NCBI GenBank assembly: GCA_938091905.1
Contig: CALKOM010000031.1
Coordinates: 1 to 36,728 of the forward strand
DNA length: 36,728 nucleotides
Source: an uncultured Verrucomicrobiales bacterium
Lineage (GTDB): Bacteria; Verrucomicrobiota; Verrucomicrobiia; Verrucomicrobiales; DEV007
Reading direction: 5' to 3'
Each line of letters begins with the position of its first letter. Position 1 is the stretch's first letter. This document shows positions 31,225 to 36,728 of this stretch, piece after piece. The position numbers were made by a program, and so were the translations under genes. Under the pieces are notes generated by a model. That model saw only the letters and a list, made by a program, of their open reading frames with translations. It ran no database searches and was not told where the DNA came from.

Positions 31225-34065
31225 CTAGTTTTTGCGAATCAAGAGGCGATAGTAATCGTAAATACCTTCGATGATGTCATGGCTGAGAGGTTTCCCTGTT
31301 CCTGAAAGAATCGGCAGGCCATCGATCGACCACGTCGAGAGGTTATGGCTTCCTTGGACTTGATAGGATAGACTGGTTTCCGAATTCCATGTTAAGGTAG
31401 GTTGGCCCGGCGTGGATCGGATGAAACGAAGATTCACAGAGGCGACCTCTAGTGGCGGTTTGTTCTCCAGACCAGGTGAGCCGCCGATCATGCTGCTAGA
31501 GGTCCATTGAGCTGGGTCCGATTGCGACGCTAGGTCAGATTTTTCGTTGAATGTCAGAGACTGACCTTCACCATCAGCTGCGAGTGGCCAAGGAGCGCTA
31601 TCATTGTATTTGAACTCAATTAATGCCCTTCCTCCGGCGTTGAGCAGAGCAAGGCGCTCACCGCCATTGCTTAGATTGCCTTCATACTCTCCTACCACTT
31701 TGTCTAGATCGCCATAGCGTAGCTGGAAAGCGGCAGAATTGTTAACCACGAGCAACCTCTCTCCGGCGGCTAGCTCCGTGAGATCGGGAAAATGAAACCG
31801 CACACCACCGGCTAGCCGAAGATCGGCCATGATCAGCTTCTTGTCGCTACGATTGTTGATTTCGATGAATTCGAAGTCGGTTCTCTTGTCGAATCCCGCT
31901 TTGACCTCCGCGTCACTTGGTGCGCTCGGTCGATAGTGGATCTCGCTGATGACGAGAGAGCCGGCCTCGGGCCCGGTGGCATCGACATAGTAGGTGTGTT
32001 CTAGCATTGGGCCCCAAGCATCGTCCGGATTGAAGAGTGATTTCATTCGGACGCGAGCCTTGAGCGTCAAGGATTCGGTAAGAATCAGTGTTTCATCAGC
32101 GGCGGCTCCTACGGCTTTCTCATTGATGGTGCCTCCTAAGTTGCGGGGGTCCGTACCATCTGTGGTGTAAAAGACGGATAGCGATGGCACGGATTTAATA
32201 CTGAGAGTTAAGCCTGAGGACACCGTACCGCCGTGGTGACTTAAGATGGGCAGCCAGTCGCGGTAGAGGTCATCTTCGGTCAGTTGGTCTAGCAAGACAG
32301 CTTCTCGTCCCTCGACAAACTCAAAGATTTTGTCCAGTTCATTGCGCCAGTCTTCCTCATCATACGATCGACCGGCAGTCGCCCAGCCCCAGCGGGCAGC
32401 ATGAGCGAGGATGGGAGACTCCAGTTCAGTGATCCTTTTATTCAGCCGAGCGCGTACGGCGCTTTCCGTTAGTGCGCCATTGTGAAAGAGATGTTTCTGC
32501 GCACGATCGGCAAATCTCAGCTGGTATTCAGGATTCTCCATGAGGTCCTGATGTAGAAACTGCGGATTGCTGTGGTTGAAATTGCTTCGTCGAGAGGCAC
32601 CAAACGGGCCTGTTCGATCTTCTGTTGTGATCACGCGATTGAAGCCAAGACTGTAGCCGCGAATCCCAAACGTGTTCTCGCCATCATGGACGAAGAAGCG
32701 GAATCCCTGATCGTTGTTCGCGCGATTCCGGATCCCGTACCAGTTGTTTCCAGAGTCGTTGTTGTTGATCCACTGGCTCACAGGCGCGTCGTTGTTCGCC
32801 GTGTAGTAAATGCACAGGAGGTAGTCGATGAGATTGTCCACGTCTAACAGGACAGGAAAGTCTGAATTTCGAGTGCCGTCAGGGTTGAGCCCTTGCATTT
32901 TGAAATAGAGTTCGTCTGAAGGCGCGGCCTCGTGCGCGCGGCCGAGATCCCAAAGTTCGCGCCAGGCCTTCATATTGCCATCTGGATTCTCATTTCGGTA
33001 GCTGTTGGAGGGATCGATCTTGATGACGTCATAGTCTTCCTCATTTCCGCCGAAGTAGCTCTTCGCGAATTCGGCTTCGGTTCGTTCGTTAGTCATGTAG
33101 ACGCCCCAATAGACGCCGTTGACATAGAGGTGATGATACTTGCTCCTCGCGCGCGGTTGGCCAAGCGCGCCTTGTGTGTCGCGCGAGGCAATATCGCGTA
33201 TCAGGGTGTTCTGCCTCGCTCCTGGCGGGAAAGCTCCAAACCACGCCCACGTCCAATTCTGTGACGTTCTTAGGTCGATGTTATGAAATTCATCAGCGCC
33301 GAAGTCGCCAAACAGCGGATAGTCGAGCTTCGATCTTCCGTATTCACGGCGAAAGAGCACCCGAAAGGAGTGCTTAGGGTTGGCGCTATCTCGGCTGATG
33401 CCACCTCGGATGCGAATCCCGCAGTCTTGCTGAAATCCCTTTCCGCCGGATGGTGAGATGAGTTCGAGTGAAGCGGGGCGTTCCCATTCTCGCCCGCGCC
33501 TGCTTGGATTGACATAAATGCCAGTCTTTGCATTGAAGAGATGCGCAGTGTCGGTAACGAGTGAGAAAGAGGGAATGTCCAGGAGTGCCTCTGTCATCGC
33601 CTCGCGGCCTAACCGGTTCACAACAGCTGGGTTCATGCCATAGTGCAGCTCTTGGCCGTTGACCGAGTCCTTAGGCCAGCCATCGGGAGCCTGGCGGTCA
33701 GCGCTCTGGTCGATGACGTCGTCGAGAAAGAGGTAGGTTTGGGTATCCAGATTCGACGGTTCGAGGCCTTGCTTCGATGCCATCGCACGTATAATCGTCG
33801 TTTGATCAATCTTGATGGGCTCTTCGTAAGTCTGCCCACCGAAGAGAGAGGGTACGCTACCGTCTTTGGTGTATCGGATAGTCGCCCCTTCTGTTGCCGA
33901 AGTGATCTCGAGCTGAAATGGCGCGGTGAAATGTCCGCGATCGACGCTGAACTTGGTATCGGCAACGCAAGGGATCGGGGGCTCTTCACCGACGTCAGCC
34001 CAAGAAATCGAACCAACCAGCGCGAAGATGATGAATCCAAGTCGTGGTGGGGAGAGCCACTGCAT
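31225..34065 (-). CDS. Secreted CotH kinase family protein with FN3-associated/chitobiase-C domains and a lamin-tail domain
   Basis: Signal peptide, IRYTKDGSVP and FYTTDGTDP (CHB_HEX_C/FN3-associated), GIRIRGG...KHSFR, LYVNGVYWGVY..ER, DVDNLIDY, NNW, HDGE (CotH) and LVISEIHY...EFIEI...GNLSNGGE (LTD). Confidence 0.9.
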   Translation of the reverse strand: MQWLSPPRLGFIIFALVGSISWADVGEEPPIPCVADTKFSVDRGHFTAPFQLEITSATEGATIRYTKDGSVPSLFGGQTYEEPIKIDQTTIIRAMASKQGLEPSNLDTQTYLFLDDVIDQSADRQAPDGWPKDSVNGQELHYGMNPAVVNRLGREAMTEALLDIPSFSLVTDTAHLFNAKTGIYVNPSRRGREWERPASLELISPSGGKGFQQDCGIRIRGGISRDSANPKHSFRVLFRREYGRSKLDYPLFGDFGADEFHNIDLRTSQNWTWAWFGAFPPGARQNTLIRDIASRDTQGALGQPRARSKYHHLYVNGVYWGVYMTNERTEAEFAKSYFGGNEEDYDVIKIDPSNSYRNENPDGNMKAWRELWDLGRAHEAAPSDELYFKMQGLNPDGTRNSDFPVLLDVDNLIDYLLCIYYTANNDAPVSQWINNNDSGNNWYGIRNRANNDQGFRFFVHDGENTFGIRGYSLGFNRVITTEDRTGPFGASRRSNFNHSNPQFLHQDLMENPEYQLRFADRAQKHLFHNGALTESAVRARLNKRITELESPILAHAARWGWATAGRSYDEEDWRNELDKIFEFVEGREAVLLDQLTEDDLYRDWLPILSHHGGTVSSGLTLSIKSVPSLSVFYTTDGTDPRNLGGTINEKAVGAAADETLILTESLTLKARVRMKSLFNPDDAWGPMLEHTYYVDATGPEAGSLVISEIHYRPSAPSDAEVKAGFDKRTDFEFIEINNRSDKKLIMADLRLAGGVRFHFPDLTELAAGERLLVVNNSAAFQLRYGDLDKVVGEYEGNLSNGGERLALLNAGGRALIEFKYNDSAPWPLAADGEGQSLTFNEKSDLASQSDPAQWTSSSMIGGSPGLENKPPLEVASVNLRFIRSTPGQPTLTWNSETSLSYQVQGSHNLSTWSIDGLPILSGTGKPLSHDIIEGIYDYYRLLIRKN

Positions 34066-34262
34066 TGTAAGACGATGGCAGCATTGAAGACAAAGGAAAA
34101 GCCCTTAGATTACGGACTCAGAGCAGCCGACCTTAGAAGTGACAGTTCGGATCCTAAATAGCTCTTGATTGGCTAGGCGGAACTCCGTCATTGTATTCAA
34201 ATCTAGTGCACCCGTCAGCATCTCAATGAAATTCCTTCCTGGTCTGTTGTCGGCTGCCAGAA

Positions 34263-34271
34263 TGATATAAA
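34263..34271 (+). promoter_or_regulatory. Possible extended -10 promoter for the GNAT gene
   Basis: TG-A-TATAAA, about 25 nt upstream of ATG 34296. Confidence 0.35.
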
Positions 34272-34295
34272 AGGTGAAATTCTAACAATCGAGCC

Positions 34296-34763
34296 ATGAT
34301 CCGAAGTTATCGACCTACCGACCTAGCCCGAGTCAAGGAGATCACGGCGATCTGCTTTGAGGGCGTCTCTATTGATCGCAATATCGAAGAAGCCTTCGGC
34401 GTTCTTGGTGGCAAGGACTGGCGCTGGCGTAAGTTGCGGCATGTGGATGCGGATACCGCAGAGGCAAATGCAATCGGTGTCTTTGTCTACGAGGAAGGTG
34501 ATCTGCTCGTCGGCTACATCACGTGCCGACTAGATTCTGAGAGCAAGATCGGATGGATTCCTAACATGGCCGTTATCCCAGAAAGTCAGGGACAGGGTAT
34601 CGGGAAACAGCTCATGGAGCGTGCCTTCACCTACTTTCGGGATGGTGGCATGGAGGTAGCCAAGATCGAAACGCTCGATCAGAACCCGGTCGGTCAAGTA
34701 TTCTACCCGAGTATGGGCTTCGAAGAAGTCGCTCGGCAGATCCACTACGCGAAGAAGCTGTAA
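34296..34763 (+). CDS. GNAT family N-acetyltransferase
   Basis: MAVIPESQGQGIGKQLM (acetyl-CoA-binding motif A) and N..G..FY.SMGF. Confidence 0.92.
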   Translation: MIRSYRPTDLARVKEITAICFEGVSIDRNIEEAFGVLGGKDWRWRKLRHVDADTAEANAIGVFVYEEGDLLVGYITCRLDSESKIGWIPNMAVIPESQGQGIGKQLMERAFTYFRDGGMEVAKIETLDQNPVGQVFYPSMGFEEVARQIHYAKKL

Positions 34764-34926
34764 AGCCTCAAAGGGGAGAGTGCCTTTGGTTCACGAATTT
34801 AAGATCAAGGGTGGTTCTGTGATAATTAAATAAATTCCATAATGTGAGTTTTGATAAACCCTGTTAATTATTGTGTTGATGTAAAAGATCGCCTCCATGG
34901 TCAAATCGTAACCATCGTTGATTTAA

Positions 34927-35471
34927 ATGAACATATTTTCATTAATGCTAGTAGGAACCTACCAGCTTTTGTCGGGTTGATCTTCTCTGTCGGCATTCTC
35001 AGTTCCCATGCAATGGTGACGGTTAACACGATTTCGAGAGCGGTCACGGTTCCAGGTTCCTCGGATACCAACAATGCGGTTGGGGACTTCAGTGAAAACC
35101 TCGGTATTGGAGACTTTGCTGCCGGACAAAAGACGTTTGTTTCTCTAACATCTTACTTCGGTACAGGAGGCGTCTTAGCTGAATCAAGTGGCGGCGGGCA
35201 AGTGATTTCGTCCGGCGAAGTGACGTTCAGCCTCTTGGAAGCCTACAATTACACTTTTGATGTGTTCCTGGACAGGGAGGTTGAGAATGCGGTCGATGTG
35301 GGCGCCAATTGGTCTCTAGTTGGGCCTGGAGGTGCTATTGCAGAGTTTGGCACAGTGGGAGTCTCAAGTGGTGTAGGCTCGGGTATGCTGATGGCTGGTG
35401 ATTACACGCTTAGCTGGGATGCGTTTATTGATGCCCCAGCGCTCGCCGAAGCTTATTATGATTTTCTCTAG
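34927..35471 (+). pseudogene. Truncated exported low-complexity beta protein, PEP-CTERM-like
   Basis: A signal-peptide-like segment (FVGLIFSVGILSSHA) precedes a Gly/Ser/Thr-rich body ending YYDFL* exactly where IS66 sequence begins. The nearby ATGs (34927, 34945) are out of frame, and no VPEP anchor is present. Confidence 0.55.
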
Positions 35472-35474
35472 GTT

Positions 35475-36387
35475 TACGACGAAACACCCATACGGTTAAC
35501 TGCAGTCCGGAAGCGGCAAAGCCCAGCAAGGCTACTTCTGGGCCTACAGTAATCCCAAAGGAGACGCCCTCTTTGACTGGCAAACCGGTCGAAGTCACGA
35601 CTGCCTGCTCGAAATGCTCACTAAGCCAAACGAAAGCAAAGAAGGACCAGCACGAATCCACCTCTTTCAAGGCTACGCTCAATGCGACGGCTACATCGCT
35701 TACAAAACACTCGCCAACAAAGTCTCGGGAATCCAACTCGCAGGCTGCTGGGCCCATTTACGTCGAAAGTTCAAGGACGCCCTCACGCATGCTCCAAAAC
35801 AGGCTAGCTGGTTCATCCGACAGATCCAACTTCTCTACCGAATCGAACAGGAGCTCCGAAAAGAAAACACCACACCCAAGCTACGGCAGGTCACCAGATC
35901 CAGTCAAAGCCGCCCCATCCTCAGTCGGATTAAGAAAGCCCTCATGCTCTGCAAAGGCCGCCCCACGATCCTCCCCGAAAGGACCTTAGGCAAAGCCATC
36001 GCCTACACCCTAAGCGAATGGCCCTACCTTGAAGTCTATCTCGAAGCAGGCCAAATTGAGATAGATAACAACAATGCCGAAAACACCATCCGCCCCACAG
36101 CCCTCGGAAAGAAGAACTGGATGTTCATCGGAGGAGCTCACACCGGCCAACGCAGCGCCATCATTTACACAGTCATCGAAAGCTGTCGGCGCCGCGGCAT
36201 CTGCCCGCACGAATATCTAACAGATGTTCTCACCCGGCTGCCCAACGCAACCACAAGCGACATCGAAAGCCTCACCCCCGCTGGATGGGCAGCGGTAAAG
36301 GCATCTCGCGAGAAACAAGCCGCCTGACCCAGGCACAGATCGTGCCAACCTCCCCAAAAGCCTAACGGCTCCGCATGGAGCGCTTAC
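35475..36387 (+). mobile_element. IS66-family element remnant: 5'-truncated, frameshifted TnpC with right terminal inverted repeat
   Basis: DETPIR, GYFWAY, QCDGYIAY, GCWAHLRRKF, LGKAIAY, IDNNNAENTIRP and GKKNWMF, with the stop at 36327. CGCTTAC at 36381-36387 is the reverse complement of the IS66 end GTAAGCG. Confidence 0.92.
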
Positions 36388-36498
36388 CCCGAAAATACAT
36401 CGGGAACGTGACAAGGCGCATCAATTACTCTCAACTCGAGAGTGGCTATGGCTCAGATACTTGGTGATCGCTAATGCAAGCTGACGGAAAGCAATCGC

Positions 36499-36728
36499 AT
36501 GCTCCTAAGGCATCACTTTGAAAAACTGCGCCTTCCAAAGATTCGGCGCGAGTGGGAATCGGCAGCCGCCGCCTGTTTGAAAGAAGGAAGCGCCTACGGA
36601 GACCTCCTTTTGCGCCTAACCGAGAGCGAATTGATCGAATGCGAACAACGTGCTGCCGAGCGACGCATCAAGAACCGCCAAGTTCCCTGTAACTAACTCA
36701 GAGGTTGGAGAACTTCGACTTCAAAGGA
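36499..36728 (+). pseudogene. istB: IS21-family IstB helper ATPase remnant, frameshifted, running off the window
   Basis: LLRHHFEKLRLP...LLRLTESELIECEQRAAERRIK continues through frameshifts as AKFPV and LENFDFK. No istA lies upstream. Confidence 0.82.

Noticed and set aside
35573..35989. 138-aa alternative-frame ORF within the IS66 remnant
   Set aside because: It overlaps the TnpC frame, is Ser/Thr/Lys-biased and has no motifs.

Overview
Bacterial genomic DNA of roughly mid-50s % GC (estimated by eye), most likely Verrucomicrobiota (PVC superphylum). This is inferred from gene content: a DUF1592/DUF1552 pair, PQQ-like propellers, a sulfatase, an ECF-Ser/Thr kinase pair, a CotH-LTD protein, a PEP-CTERM-like protein and mostly SD-less starts. 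From left to right the window holds: the 5'-truncated rpsD with a terminator; a three-gene DUF1592-cytochrome c/DUF1552/PQQ-propeller operon; eno and an ftsB-like gene; a type IV filament (T4P/T2SS-like) locus with two tandem PilB/GspE ATPases, PilC/GspF, a canonical GspG-like prepilin with its own promoter and terminator, and a second pilin paralogue that lacks the prepilin leader but shares a 108-bp near-identical core; a frameshifted secreted alpha/beta-hydrolase fusion; gyrB-gyrA; about 1.8 kb of a decayed large surface-protein gene; a BNR/sialidase-PQQ propeller fusion and a sulfatase; a minus-strand CotH-LTD / ECF sigma / Ser-Thr kinase-WD40 cluster; a GNAT; and a decayed end (truncated PEP-CTERM-like gene, IS66 remnant, IS21 istB remnant). 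The best leads are the pilin duplication with a conversion-like tract, a recurring 'S-x-[DN]-L-x-x-W ... YRL' domain that may be a secretion or sorting signal, the ECF-kinase-WD40 module next to a CotH kinase, and two apparently leaderless promoters. No rRNA, tRNA or CRISPR array was seen. All family assignments come from motif recognition, not database searches.
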